Shown here: piece after piece, positions 10,699-24,354 of the stretch
Layout of the letters: each line of letters starts with the position of its first letter
Numbering within the stretch: position 1 is the first letter of the stretch
Origin: Guillardia theta CCMP2712
Taxonomy: Eukaryota > Protista > Cryptophyta
Assembly: GCF_000315625.1 (NCBI RefSeq)
Contig: NW_005434623.1
Location: 410,768 to 465,095 of the forward strand
Direction: 5' to 3'
DNA length: 54,328 nt
Made by a program: the position numbers and the translations under genes
Notes under the pieces: model-generated
Seen by the model: only the letters and a program-made list of their open reading frames with translations
Databases searched by the model: none
What the model was told of the DNA's origin: nothing

Positions 10699-12482
10699 TC
10701 AGAGCTCGAGTTTTGTGACTCTGAAGTTGAAGTTTGCCCCATGATAACGAGCACGGACCTGTGTGGGAGAGACAAATTTTGAGATTTGTCAACATCATCA
10801 CAGCTGACCTGTTTGCCGATCAACTCGGCGGCATCGGACGTTGTCATTGCGAACTTGATTGTGTCCTCGAACTGTTCGACTTCAACGGTATCCTGGGGGA
10901 AGGCTTTGGAGGAAAGCTTTCAAATGCGTCAATCCCATGATGGGCTTCTTCAAGGAGAACAAACCATCTTAGTTTTCTTCTTTTTCGTCACTTTCTCTGC
11001 ATCTGCTTCCTTGGCTTCGCCTGGCAAGAACTCAGCGCTGCTGGGCTGATCCCTGTTGGATCACCTTCATCCTGATTGCTTTCAAGCCCCATCTTCTTCC
11101 TGATCTCCTTGCGGTCTCTTGGATTAAACTCGTCATTTGTAAACCTTCCTTCCTGCAGTTTTGATCTTGCTTCAGACCCAACACTCTCTGCGACAAGTCG
11201 CAAGCAGCCCAACCCTCACCTGTACCGTCACTCCTGACGTCTCGCTGTGCCAATCCGCGATCCCGCCCATGATCTGAAGCATGTCCACCTCGTGTTTCTC
11301 ATCTGCTCGTATCTGCCCGTATCGTCCTGTCTCTCCCACGTGTCTGAACCTGCGCACTGCGTTCGCGATCGCTGCGACCCTGCGGCCCCTCAGTCAGCTT
11401 CAAGCAGCTCCTGCAGGTGAGACCCACGGATCGAGCATGGTGCTTGTTGCTATCCGGCAGATACCGTCGCCATGCCGCATTCCCTTGCGCCAGAATCCGA
11501 GGTACACAGTGCCGCTCTTGGACAGTCGTTTCCCGATCCCATCTGGGAGAGCGTTGAACACAACGAGCATGCCAGCAGGTCAGCAGCAGCTCACGGTACT
11601 TGTCGTTCCGCCATTGGCCCGCATATTCTCTGTGCGGCTCGTCCGGGTGCTCACAGAAGAAGTACCTGAGGCAACAGCTCAAAGCCTGCTGGGGTCGGAA
11701 ACACAACTCACATCCCACTCCCGTGCCGATCGCCGAGGTTCCATTCACCGGAGTATGCTGCTCCGGAGGCGTACTCCGCAACCTTGGTGCGACAGGGGTC
11801 AGCGATCGAGCGACAAGAGGCGGTGAGGTACCCCCATGCCGTGAGGAAGTCCCTGGTACCACATGCCCTGGTACGTGTCCCCCGTCGGCCATGTAAGGAT
11901 TCCGTTGCCATGGCTGCAGGACGTCAGCGCCCGAGGCTGACAGGGGTGGAGGAGGAGGAGACCGTTTTCTCTCGTTCACTTCTCCCTCGTAGACGCTCCC
12001 GTCTGGATACTCGATCTTGGTGATGCCTGTCCTGACGATGATATCCGGCGTCCCAAGCACGACTCGCCTCTGAGCACCGACACATGAGCGGAAAGAGAAG
12101 AGGAGGTCAGAGAACCTTGAGCATGGCACGTGATGGCCATGGAGCATGCGGGATGGTATCGAGATACTCAGCACCAGGGATGACAGGAGCAGCAGCTTGC
12201 CACTGTACGCACGAAAAGTCAGCTTGCTCATGGCTGCCCTCCACCCTCCACCTTGGCTTCCTCCTCCTGCTCCAACAAGCTCCCTTTCTGCCCTTTCAGC
12301 CTCTCGATGTAGAGATCCGCATCCAGTCTTTCATATCTCTCTGGTATCGAGAATCTTGAGCATGTTTTGCACATCCTGTTTCTCCTTCCCACTTTCGATG
12401 TCTCGAACTCTTTCGCTGTCTTGTACTTGTAACAACGAGAGCATAGGACTCTGTCATCAGACTTGGCTTGTCCTGCCTTCAT
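10699..12482 (-). CDS. MORN-repeat protein with N-terminal CxxC...CxxC zinc-finger-like motif; 5' exons uncertain (may extend to ~13228 across the gap)
   Basis: Spliced exons: CSRCYKYKTAKEF..RMCKTC; GITKIEYPDGSVYEGE; HGNGILTWPTGDTYQGMWYQGLPHGMG; YASGAAYSGEWNLGDRHGSG; EYAGQWRNDK; GTVYLGFWRKGMRHGDG; ends FRVTKLEL* at 10699. Confidence 0.8.
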
Positions 12483-12908
12483 GTACAGATGCCTGGTCTG
12501 TCACTTGTAAACCTGAACCTTCGATGTCATCTCATCGCCATCACAAAAGCTGTTATGTCAGCAGACAAGGTATCTCAAGGGCTCCAGATGCCTTCTGACA
12601 TTCTCTGTCATTACCCATGACATTCTTTCAAGCTCCCCTGTTTGTCTCTCCATATTATCAACCCCCTGGTCCCTTTCCTCTCACGCTGACTCTCCCTGCT
12701 CCCTATCAAGCTCTCAGTCTACTCCAATCTACACAGTTTGTCGCCCTTGCATTCCCTTTCCATCCCTCAGCTCCCCTCAGCTCCCCTCAGCTCCTCCTCT
12801 ATCCGCCTCCTCTCCTACCCCTTTGTCCCTCTCCCTCCCTCCCTCCCTCCCTCCCTCCCTCCCTCCCTCTCTCCCTCCCTCCCTCTCTCCCTCCCTCCCT
12901 CCCTCCCT

Positions 12909-12963
<55 letters not shown>

Positions 12964-13063
12964 NNNNNNNNNNNNNNNNNNNNNNNNNNNNNNNNNNNNN
13001 NNNNNNNNNNNNNNNNNNNNNNNNNNNNNNNNNNNNNNNNNNNNNNNNNNNNNNNNNNNNNNN
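12964..13063. other. Assembly gap (100 N) flanked by (CT)n/(CCTC)n
   Basis: Run of N. Confidence 1.
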
Positions 13064-13072
13064 GTCGTCGTC

Positions 13073-13139
<67 letters not shown>

Positions 13140-13299
13140 CTCTCTCCTCCCTCCCTCCCTTCCTCCCTCCTCTCTCTCTCTCTCGCTTCTTCACCTGCAT
13201 CTTCCGAAGGTCTGCGGTTATCCGGCATCTGCCAGCATCATGTGTCGCTACCAGCGAACGGGAGTTGAGCCCCTCGTCCCCCACATACCCGTCATTTAT

Positions 13300-13610
13300 T
13301 CACGGTGCCGCAGCGGTGCCGCCGCGGGGCCCGGCCGGCCCGGCCACTGAGCCCCCTGGGCGCGGGGCCCGGGGCCCGGGTGAACTTCCGAACTCGGAAG
13401 TCGACGGGCCGCAACTTGGCAAACACTTACTAGTCGGACTAGTGCCGGGCCGATCAGCCCGGAACGGATCCCGGGCCCACACCGGAGTCTGCGGCAGACC
13501 AGCAGGCCGGGCCGCACGACCACTCGAGCGGACTCGGATGATCGCCAAGTCGCCGGCCGTTGAAGACCGTGACTGCGGCATCATGTGGCCGCAGGTGAGA
13601 GTGACTCGTT
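13300..13610. other. CCGG-rich intergenic island
   Basis: Same composition as 4280-5050. Confidence 0.65.
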
Positions 13611-13663
13611 AAGAGGATGTAATGTGCATTCAAACAAAGGCTGTCTCCAATCTACATAAGGTT

Positions 13664-14046
13664 CTACAAGTACAAGGAAGCTGCAAACACAATGTCTCTC
13701 TTCATCATCTTCGACGCTTCTTTGAACTTCTTCTCAAGCTCCGTGTTGCCAATAACTTTACATACACCTACAGCAAGTCACTTCTTCCACATGCAAACAT
13801 CCGCCACCATCCCCCTCCCTCCCTCATTCCTTCCCCTCGCTCCCTCCCGTCCTCCCTCGCTCCCTCCCTCTTCTCTTTAGCTCACCCGCTAGCTGTGTCA
13901 CGAGCTCCTCGAGTCGGCGGATGCATCGGATGACGCTCCCTTCGAAGATCTGCTAGACCATCAGGCAGAGAAAGAGAAGCGGAACGAGGCAGGCAGGCAG
14001 ACGGACAGACGGACAGACGGACAGGCAGGCAGGCAGGCAGGCAGGT

Positions 14047-14081
<35 letters not shown>

Positions 14082-17000
14082 CAAGAAGCAAGAGACCAAG
14101 GGCTGGGTACCTCAGACTTAGCCATCAGGTCGACGAACTTCACTCCTTGGCACCACCTCAGCGTCATCTCCGCTAGCCCAGCCTTGAACTTCTTGACGTA
14201 CTCCTCCACGTCCACTTGTAGCTTGCTCTCAGACTGCACGGTCGCCACCTCCTTGCCTTGTCCTTGAGCACGTCGATGGGCCTCTTGAGCTCGTCCGGAA
14301 GTCGGAGGTTCTCGTCGGTCTTCTCGTCGAAGACGAAGCAGGAGAGCACAGCAGCGCAGACCTGGAGGAGAGCGTGAGGACGCGAGAAGGAGGGGGGGGG
14401 GGGAAGGGGAAAGGAGACAAGGGATGGAGGGGAAGGGGGGGAGGAAGGGAAGTTGGGAGGGGACGAGGAGGGAGGGAACGAAGGGAAAGAAAGAAGTGGT
14501 GGGGGTAAAAAGGCGAAGCATGAGACTTTCAGGAGTGGAGAGGGGCTGAAGGCTAGGAGGAGAGATGAAGTGCGAGGGGGAGCAGAGACGCAGGGCGGGA
14601 GCTAGAAACGTGAGGGAGGAGGGAGCTAGATCCTATACCTCAGGCGCGAGGTCATTGAAGACTCCTTCAAAGATCAGCTCAGTCAGAACAAGCTCGTCCC
14701 CGCAGTCGATCTCTGCGGCTGCCCTCCCCTTGATCTGGACCACATCCTCCCCGTCCGTGTACTTGAGCCTTCTCAAGACCCTCTTCATCCCCTTGAGCTC
14801 GCTCCTGAACACCATCCCGCTCGCTCCCTTCATGCTCTTCTGCAGCACAGCGATGGAGGACGCAATCGCAAGCTTCTTCTTGTAGCTCTCGTACGCCTTT
14901 GCATACTTGGAACTGCTCTTGTTCACCTTGTGCTGCTTCACCTTGGTCTCCAGCGACTCGCTCTTGCGCACCAGCCGCTGGAACTCCTCCTCCTTGATCT
15001 GCATGTCCTCCACAGGATCCAGCAGCGGGATGCCATCGGGAAACCGCTCCTGCACCACTGACATGGTCTTGCCGACTGACCTCCTGTTCTCTGCCGACCG
15101 CAGGTCCTGGGGGACGTAGACTCTGATCGAGCTCAAACTCTTGACCATGGACAGCGGCAGTTGCACCACTTGGATCTCATGCTTTTCTCCTTCCCGAGGA
15201 GGGTGGAACGAGTCGTTGTCCCCGACCGGCATCTCCTTCCCAGTCGGGAGGATGATAGTCTTCCTCGTCGAGCAGGGCAGGAGGAGGTCGAGGAGGTACG
15301 AGGCGCCAGGGCTGCCCTTGTCCTTTTCCTTCTCCGCCTTCTTGAAGCTCACCAGCACTCCCCATCCCCATGTTTGAGCATGCGTCTCGTCTGCAAAGCA
15401 CTCCACGAACCTCCCGGGGTTGAGAAAGTTCACGGCGACCTTGGGGGACAGAACGTACGATCTCATCTCCTCCTCCACCTTCCCCCGCTGCGTCACCAGC
15501 TCGTGGTACTCCGCAACCAGCCCCTCGTCGTGCACCACCAGCTGCCTCCTCTCAACCTCCAGGTCCTCAATCTGACCCTGCAGGTCGGGCGCCTGCTTGT
15601 CCATCTGGAACTGGTAGAAAGATCTCTTGATCAGGTACTCCGGGTCCGCCCCCTCGAACCGCAGCAGGTTCAGGAGCATGTTGTACCCCAGCCTGAAAGA
15701 GGAGTTGAGGGGGTCCGACTGACCCTTCACCATCCCCTTCGCCACGTCAGGCTCCATCTTCTCGTCCACCATGAGGATCACGATACCTCTATCGTCCAGC
15801 CCTCGTCTCCCTGCTCGCCCGCTCATCTGGATGTACTCTCCTCCCGACACCCACCGGAACGAGTCTCCGTCCCACTTCCTCACCCCCGTGAACACGCACG
15901 TCTTGGCCGGCATGTTGAGCCCCATGCTGAAAGTCTCGGTCGCGCAGAGGCACTTGATCAGGCCCTCCTGGAACAGAATCTCAATCACCTCCTTGAGGAT
16001 CGGAAGGAGGCCGCTGTGGTGGATGCCGATGCCGCGCTTCAGCAGCGGGAGGATCCCCTCCACAGCTGGGATCTTGCGATCGTCGGCAGAGAGCGAGTCG
16101 ACGGCGCTGTTGAAGATCATATCGATGTTGGCCTTCTCGTCGTCGTTGTTGAAGTCCAACTTGGACATCTGCAGGGCGAGGGCCTCGCAATCTTTCTTGG
16201 AGAAGCAGAACACGATCACGGGGTCATAGTTCTTCTCCATTATCATCTTGATGATCTTGTAGATATCGCTCCCTCCGCGCTCCTTGATCTTCCCCTTCGT
16301 CCCCGGCCCTCCCTTCTTCCTCGCTGCGATCTCCGTATTCGCTGCCGACGTGTCCAGCCTCGCCAGCGCCTTGTGAAAGTTCTCCTCCCTGAAGTTGCCG
16401 TCCTCGTCCACCACCAGGTACAGCCCTTCACCCCCAGCTGGGAACATGTAGTGCTGGAGGGGAGTTGGGCGGTAGTCCGTGTAGATCACGTTGCAGGGCT
16501 GGGAGTGGACCCGGGAAACCCAGCAGGCAAAGTCAGGGGCGTTGGGGATGGTGGCGCTGAGGAAGACGAATCGGATTTTGGAAGGGACGAGGACGATGCT
16601 CTCCTCCCACACCACTCCTCTCTCCCTGTCTCGCATGTAGTGGATCTCGTCGTAGATGATCCACACCAGCTCGCGGATCAGCTCGCTGCCCTTGTACAGC
16701 ATGCTCCGGAGAATCTCCGTCGTCATCACCAGCAAGCTTGCCTCGGGGTTGATGGTGATGTCACCAGTCATGAGCCCCACGTCTTGGAACTCGTCCGTCA
16801 GCTCTCGAAACTTCTGGTTCGACAGCGCCTTGATAGGGGAGGTGTACACAACCCTCTGCTTGTCTCGCAGCGCCATGGCGATCGCGTACTCGGCCACCGC
16901 CGTCTTGCCTGCCGACGTATGCGCCGACACCAGCACAGACTGGCCCTTCTCAAGGCTCTTCACAGCTGCTGCCTGGAAGGGATCTAGCTGGAACTTGTAC

Positions 17001-17377
17001 TCCTTGGCCGGAGGCTTCGGGGGAACGGGGCGCTGCACCTCCTCCAGGGTCATGGTGGGAGGGATGGCGATGTGATGGCGGCAGGCCTTCCTGCCTGACT
17101 CCTGTCCCTCCGGCGTTATGTCGTAGATCTTCACGCTGCCTTCTCCCGTCACAGGGCACAACTTGGCATCCTCGTTCCTCTTTGACTTCTTCGACTCTGA
17201 AGGTTTCTCCTCCTCCTCCCCCTCCTCCTCCTCCTCGTTGTCCTCCTCCTTGGCTACTGCATCCTCGGCACTTGGTCTCTTCCTCTTCCCCGCTTCCTCT
17301 TCCTCCACTTGTTTGTGTCCACCGGAGCTGTTTTCTTCCTTCTTGGTGAAGAAATCGAAAAGCTCGTCTTCATCCAT
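13664..17377 (-). CDS. MTR4: Nuclear exosome RNA helicase MTR4 (Ski2-like DExH); exons 17377-14639, 14361-14111, 13949-13886, 13767-13664; apparent 1-bp frameshift near 14250
   Basis: AHTSAGKT, SPIKALSNQK, DEIHYMRD, LSATIPN, QMSGRAGRRG, arch/KOW region (WGWGVLV), C-terminal IFEGSVIRCIRRLEEL...KRDIVFAASLYL*. Confidence 0.95.
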
Positions 17378-17969
17378 GCTGGCCGCTGCTGACGACTACA
17401 CAACAGCTGTCAGGTTACAGCAAGGGCAAAAACCTTTCACTTGCATCCTCTTCCCTCTGCATGTTCATCACTACCACCTTTATCTCTTCTACTTTCATCT
17501 CATGAACTGACAGTTGATAATACCCTTTGCTAGTATGCTCCAAAACTGCCGCTAACGTTCCGCCAGTCTGCTGATGCCTCTACTCCTGACTTCTCTTCCC
17601 CTCAATCCGCGTGTCACTCTATCCACTAGCACGACTCCTGCAGCAAGTCCTTGATGCACGCCCGTCGTCCGTCGTGCATCAAAGCTCTCGCAAGTTCTCT
17701 CACCGTCCGATCAGTCCTCATGCGCTGTCTCCACTGACATCGCTGTCCCCACTGACAACACTATGACCCACTCTTCATGCTGCTTCACCTCCTCGTCTTG
17801 GCACCTGCTGCTCCCATCTCTCTCTCTCCTCTCATCGTCTGTCCTGTTCTTGTCCTCCCTGATGTTCCCATCCCATAGCAGCACGTGAAGCTTCCAGCGT
17901 ATCGAGTGCCACCCCTCCCTCATGATACCCCATCTTCGCCAGTGAAAGAAGGGGGTGTTTTACCTTTAT

Positions 17970-18370
17970 TCATGCCGGGCTGGGCCGCTTTGAGTAAAGC
18001 CAGGCTGGGTACTGACGGTGCCCCGGCCAGATCCCGGGCCGAGTCCGATGCCATGATCTGCCGGGCCGCGGCCCGGCCCGCCGTGAACCGTTGAACTTCG
18101 GAACGATCCCCGGGCGGCGGTACCGTACTACGGTACACGGCACTCCGACGAGTCGCTCTACCCAGTTCGAAGTTCAAGACGGCAGTGAAAAATGTAACTC
18201 AGTGAAACCGTCGTTGCGGGGGCCCCGGGGCCCGGCCCGGAAAGGCGTCCTGACGCCGCACTGGGGCCGGCCGGCACGCCGCCGGGCCACGGTTCGATCG
18301 CCGGCGGCGCCACCGCCGGGCCCGGCCGGGCGGCCGGGCGGCCCGTCTGGTCACCGCCGAGTCAGAGGCT
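17970..18370. other. CCGG-rich intergenic island between divergent MTR4 and the giant gene
   Basis: Composition as in the other islands. Confidence 0.65.
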
Positions 18371-18380
18371 CATCAGTACT

Positions 18381-18526
18381 GTAGTCAACTCTTGAACAAC
18401 TGTAGTCAATGAGGTAGTCAATCCGTTTGACCGCCCTGAGGTGATGTAGTCAATATCAACCGAATAATATTGACTATAGAGGCTCACATGACGGCTGTTG
18501 CCAAAAGCCGCACTCACTGTAGTCAA
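18381..18526. promoter_or_regulatory. Cluster of TAGTCAA/TTGACTA motifs upstream of the giant gene
   Basis: GTAGTCAA at 18381, 18402, 18414, 18446 and 18519; inverted copy forming TAGTCAATAT-N10-ATATTGACTA (18447-18476). Confidence 0.5.
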
Positions 18527-18711
18527 GCCGCTAGGGAAATGGCAGGCGGCAGATAGAAGGCGACGGTGATGGGAGAGGAGGAAGGAGGAGCGAAGACAAA
18601 CAGCAGCGGCAGATGAGTGCTTGCTGTCCAGCTATGGCCTCTCTGTGCTACCATCTTCCCCTGGGAGGAGAGGAGGAGCGCTGAGCTCTCCCTAGTCTCC
18701 ATACTGAAAGG

Positions 18712-21700
18712 ATGGGGAAGAAGAAAAGCGTGCAGATGTGCTTTCAACTCGCTCTGTGCCTTCTGGTATTAATGGCGCGAGAATGCGCGGGAGCGGACGG
18801 ATACATTGAGCTGACCAAGGATGGGTTCCGCGTGTCCGACATGGTCACGATGCAAAAGGTTCGGCGAGCTGTTGTTCAGTTCTGTGGGTTTGATGGTTTG
18901 TGATCAGGGGATGGCGATCGAGGGTGACCTGGTGATGAACGGGTACTTCCAGTCCTTCAACTTCACGGCAGAGAGCAGGAACACAGCTTGGGGAGGCTTC
19001 TATGATGGCGAATGCACCCCATCGAGAAAGGGAGCGATCAGGTCCTCGCGAACTTGGTTGACTGCTGTCTTGGCGACTGAGCTTGCTTGTCAGGTGGAGC
19101 TATACAATCTTCGAGTCCTGCGACGGCATTTCCTGGAAGCCGCTGAAGCACTGCTCACGAGACTGTGGGTTTCAACTCCCTCCCCCCTACGAGATCTCAG
19201 GCTGCCAGGAGTACAACTGCACCGAGTATTGCTGCCCTAGAGCAGACTCTATGGATTCTTGCCACGTCGTCTCCTCCTCCTTGAGGCTTTCCTCGACGGA
19301 CGTCATTGTCAACGGCTCTTCCAAGTGCGACATGCTTCTGAAGACGATCTGCAACCCCATGACCAACTTAACCTGCACTGAAGTCGAGATTTCACCAATC
19401 CCCTTCGCTACATCGAAGTGGTACACAACCAGTATCGATCCAGCGTTTCAGCAGACTTTCATCGTCCCAGAGTACAGCGCAGTGAACATCTCTAACTCCT
19501 CTGGCGCAGCTCGTCCCGTGCAGCAGTACACTTGCTCCACTCTAGACTACAACTCCAGCGCCTTCGACTATCTGAAGGCCTTGTACAACAGCAGCGGGTG
19601 GTGGAAGGCAGTGCCAGGAATTCCTCAGGACACAAACGCCGACAGCTTGAACTTCTCATGTTTTGACAAGGTACAGAACGCCGGCTTCGCTGCTGCGCCG
19701 ACGATTTTGAAAGGAGCTATTGGCGACGGACCGGGGAACTACGGTGTATATGAGAAGACAAACAAGTTCGGACCAACCATTCAGATCACTCTGTTCAGCT
19801 ACGTGTATGTTAGTGAAGACCCTACTGCTACCATCGATCTCACATTAGTGAACAATCCTCTGGAGGGCTGGGAGGTCGGGAGCGATATCAGGTTTACCTT
19901 CGAAGTCTCAGCTACCATATCAGGAGTGGTCCTGGACCAGTTGACTGCTGTCTTCGCAACAGTGACAACTTTAGACAAGGAGACGATGAAGATTTCTCTG
20001 ACGACTCCTTACACGCCTGACTCCAAGGCTAGTGTATCGACGTCTATCGGAATCAAAGGAGATGCGTCGTTGGTGATCCCGACTTTCTGCGTTCCCTTCG
20101 GAGGAGGCTGCAAGCCTGGCAACTATACCGGAACAAGCTGCGCCTGGAAGATCTCCTCCCCCAAGAGCTCGTACGTTCAGCTTCAATTCCTCAAGGTCGA
20201 GCTTGCAGACAACGTAGACTCAGTCTACGTCTATGACATCACCGGCCTCCCCGTCTACACAGATACCAACTACCTGAATGGAAACAGATCTGACATCGCC
20301 CCGCTTGCAATCTTCAGTGGCAACATGTCCGCAGCAGCGCTCCAGTCAATGCAGAGCAAGCTTATCAGTCCGTATGGCGGCGAGTTCCTCGTCGTGTTCA
20401 ACAGCGGGCCCACTACGTCAGCATGGGGGTTTGAAGCCGTTTACACCCTGATGCCGAGGCTGGGGAAGATGATCGACGAAGGAATTTTCACGAACCTTCA
20501 GTTCTCGATCGCGTTCCTTGAGTACTACAACGCCAATGTCACGAAGTTGATCTCCCAGTCGGCGAAGGGCAGATATGAATCATTGTACGACACAGGGACT
20601 GGGGTTCTGGGGCCTATGACGGAGGCGGAGCAGTGCTTCCGTTGCTGCTCAAATCTCATCCCGACTCACCCTGTAGTGTACCAGGGCCAGGGCTTCCCAG
20701 TCTTCAACATTCGTCCCAACATCGACCAGGTCGGACGGGACGCTGTCGCTACAAAGATGCTCTCGGCCGCGGTAGACTTGTCGGAGATCCCCGACCTCTG
20801 CAGGTACATGGGCTACCTTCCCGAGCACTACTACAGGACCGGTTATATCTCCCGCTTCCCGACCGGTAAGTTGCTGCTTGCTGTAGATAGCGCAGGACTG
20901 ACTGATTCCTCCAAGGGTCGATCAAAGTTCCGACGGCATTCCCGCTGGGCAAGAGGCCAGTCTGGGGAAAGTACGGCAATACCGACCCGTCGGCGTCCTC
21001 GCAGCCAGTGCGGGAGGCGATCGGGTGGGGGTTGAGCCCCGTGCTGGTCGGGTCGAGGAGCAGCTGGTTGAAGGGATGGGGAGACACTGAGGGGGACCAC
21101 GAGGGCGCGCGGTGGTGGGACGGGGATGGGGCCAACGGCAACGCAGAGCCTGACTGGTCGATCGTCTCTCCTCCGAATCAAGTGGTGGACGAAGTTCGAT
21201 TCAACTTTGACCTGGACCACGGGGACGTTCCCCTCTACAGCTTCGTCGACTCTCAGAGGAGGCTGGTGATCTCGAACGCGTTTGCGCTCTCCACACGATG
21301 CGGCCAGCTGGTCAACAGCAGCTGCGGCGTCTCGTGCGGGGTGAGGGGGACAGGGTTGAACATCCTCCAGTGCCTCGACAACATTCCCTTGACACGATGT
21401 GGCCAGCCGGTGGTGGACATGTGCAACAACGACTGCAAGATGTTGGGCGAGCAGAGGTGTAACGACACGGCAGTGGGACTTGGATCAGTTCGCATCGGGT
21501 CCCAGCACCGTATCCCCTCCGGGTACTTCCAGTTCGGGGTCGGGCGGCCGGACAACCTCCACAAGGACAACATGTTTCTCAGCTTTCAGAGTCTGTCAGA
21601 TACGGGGGCGACTCTAGAGCTGCTGCAGCTCATCAATGATCCTTTCGATGTGAGCAACCATATGATGCTGAACGTCTACCAGCTGCAGCAGATCCTTCCA

Positions 21701-24304
21701 TCCAATGTCCACCTCATCCTGAACAGAATCTTTGACAACATTCCTGCCATGAAATGTTCCCTGATTCCTCCAAACTGTGGGCAAACCACGTCAGCCAAGG
21801 GTTACTTCTCTTCCTACCAGCTCCAGAACCAGAGCTGGCCTTTCTGCCCCCTCTACAACACTTTCAACGACCCCATCTGCAAGCCCAACGCCAACCCCAC
21901 GGCTATCACCGTCTCCGACCTCTTCAAGTTCTACGATCGCAACTCCTCAGGCTACCTGGAGCGACCGGAGATCCTGAGCCTCAGCGCGGACTTGGAAAGT
22001 CGGCGGCAGCTGGTCAAGGAGGAGATCTGGTCAAGAGCGACGAGAGCCCAGAGGGATCTCGTTCGCTTCCAGCCATTGCGATCTGCCGCCGGAGACATCT
22101 TCGGTCTGGAGCTTGACAGCCCTTCTTGTCCCTTCCCCGACTTCTGCCTCGAGACGTTTAACACCAACACCATGCGGGTCAGCTCCTCCCTTGAGCTCCT
22201 CGGCGAGTACATCCAGATCGGGCAGAGCCGCTACGGCAACATCTCCAACTGCTCCAACATCAGCTCCACTGAGTTCTGCTACTGGGACGTCAGGCCGGAG
22301 CCCTTGAGCAGAGTCTTCATAGACGGCCAGATCAACGGGGCCTGTCCCGTGCAGATGTCGGCCAACCATGACTCCTTCAGCACTTCCCTGTGCGTGGAGA
22401 GGACGGACAATGAGAATAAGACGCTGCTGCTTCCCGACACCAACGGCATCGTCGTGCTGACCAGCAACCTCGACGTCGTTCCCTTCGTCCCTGGGCTGAG
22501 AGGGAACAGGACTCTGTTCTTCACAGGTGACATGTATCAGGGGAATATGCTTTGGAAGTACGACAAGTTCGTCAACCAAGACCCCAGACCTCCTGCCCCG
22601 AGGATCGACTGCGCCAACGTGCCCTGCTCCACCTTCCGACCTATGACTACCTTCTCCATCTCCTCGACCACCTTGGTCTGGACCTTGATCGACAGGGACG
22701 TGTACATGAGCTTGAAAGACGTGTACTTGCCTTCACTGCCGTCCTTCAAGAAGTACGTCTGCCTGACGGTCTTGTGCGACATCCAGAACGTCATCAACGA
22801 CATGCAGACCAAGTGGTCCCTGACGCTGAGACGAGACGCAGCGAAGCAGCAGGTGACGGTCAGCGGGTCCGCGATCGCGGCCATCAACGGCATTTATACG
22901 TATGTCAACGAGAGCTTGTACACCAACACGTTGGCCAATGGCAGGCAAATCTTCCTCATGAGGCTTCCAGCAAGAGGTTGAGACCTGTTTACAAAGTCAA
23001 TCCCTTCCCTGCTACATCCTACTTCTTCCACTTCCCAGACTTGCTCCTCCCTCCCTCCCTCCCTCCCTCTCTCTCCCTCCCTCCCTCCCTCCCTCCCTCC
23101 CTCCCTCTTTCTACATTCCAGGTGACATTTTTGCTTCCAGACCTCCAGGGAGGCGTTCCGGCCGCGTCTCGCGGCGAGTTCGGAGGGACTTGTGTAGATC
23201 TCGAGAAGAAGTTCGCGCTAGACTTCAACATCCTCAACCGCCGGTGACCTCTCCTCCTCCTCATCTTACCCACAGGCTGTCTGACACCTGCTACAGCAAG
23301 GAGGGTCAGTGTATGGACCTCAAGGTCTCAGTGATGAACTCTATCCCCTACTGCGGACCTGGATGTACCTTGAACGGGTCAGCAAGTTCTTCCTCCTCTC
23401 CCCGCTGTCCTGACGCTTGCCCTGTGCTCAAACAGCGTGACGGATGCGGCGTCCTATGGGGTGAGAGCAGCGTTGTTGTCGGTCTGCTGGTTGTTTGACA
23501 GCTATTCTGCAGCTGAACGAGACGAACGTCTGCTGTGACTGCGGGGGAGGAAGCACTCCTGCCCACGTGTATGACTTCTTGAGGGTGTACTACATGGAGG
23601 TGAGCGCTACTGACGCAAGGAGGAGGAGAAACGGAAGGGGAAAGAGAGGGAGGGGAGAGACGAGGAGGGAGGGAAGGGAGAGGGAGAGGGAGAGGGAGAG
23701 GGAGAGGGAGAGGGAGAGGGAAAACGGAGTCACTAAAGGAAGGGAAGGCAAAGGAGGAGGAGGAGGAGGAGGAGGAGGAGGAGGGTTCTATCTCACAGAA
23801 TATGACAGGGCAACTGGGATCCAGTCTACAACGGCAGCAGCGGCGCGTGGGGTCAATGGCAGACGCTGTCTACCGTACGCAAGACTCTCTTCAACCTGGT
23901 GGAGCCGCAGCCGAGTTGCTGTACAAGTGAGCGACGAGCCTTCCCTGCTTCTCTTCCTCACTCCTCCCACCCCAGGCGGAGTAGCCGCGAACCCCATGGC
24001 ATGCTCGGGATGCTCGCTGGACAGGTCAAGCTGAGGTTGTGCAGCGCAGCTAGACGGCTGACTCGTGCGGCAGTTACACTACCATGCTTGACTACCTCAC
24101 CCTGCACTCCAACGCCGAGATCAACGTCTTGAACATGGCCACTCAGGTGATGCTACTGGCGTCGTTGACCTGGTTTTGACTTTCGACGACTCCAGCAAAC
24201 GACCAGCGGCGGTCAGTTCCCTGTGACAGGCGTCGAGTCTTGCTACCTCTGTTGCCACCTTCCTGCAGCAGCTGAAGTCAAACCGAAGTCTGCCGCGGTA
24301 TGAG

Positions 24305-24354
<50 letters not shown>

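Noticed and set aside
15161-16987. 608-aa plus-strand ORF
   Set aside because: Antisense shadow of MTR4 caused by GC3-rich codons; no recognisable motif
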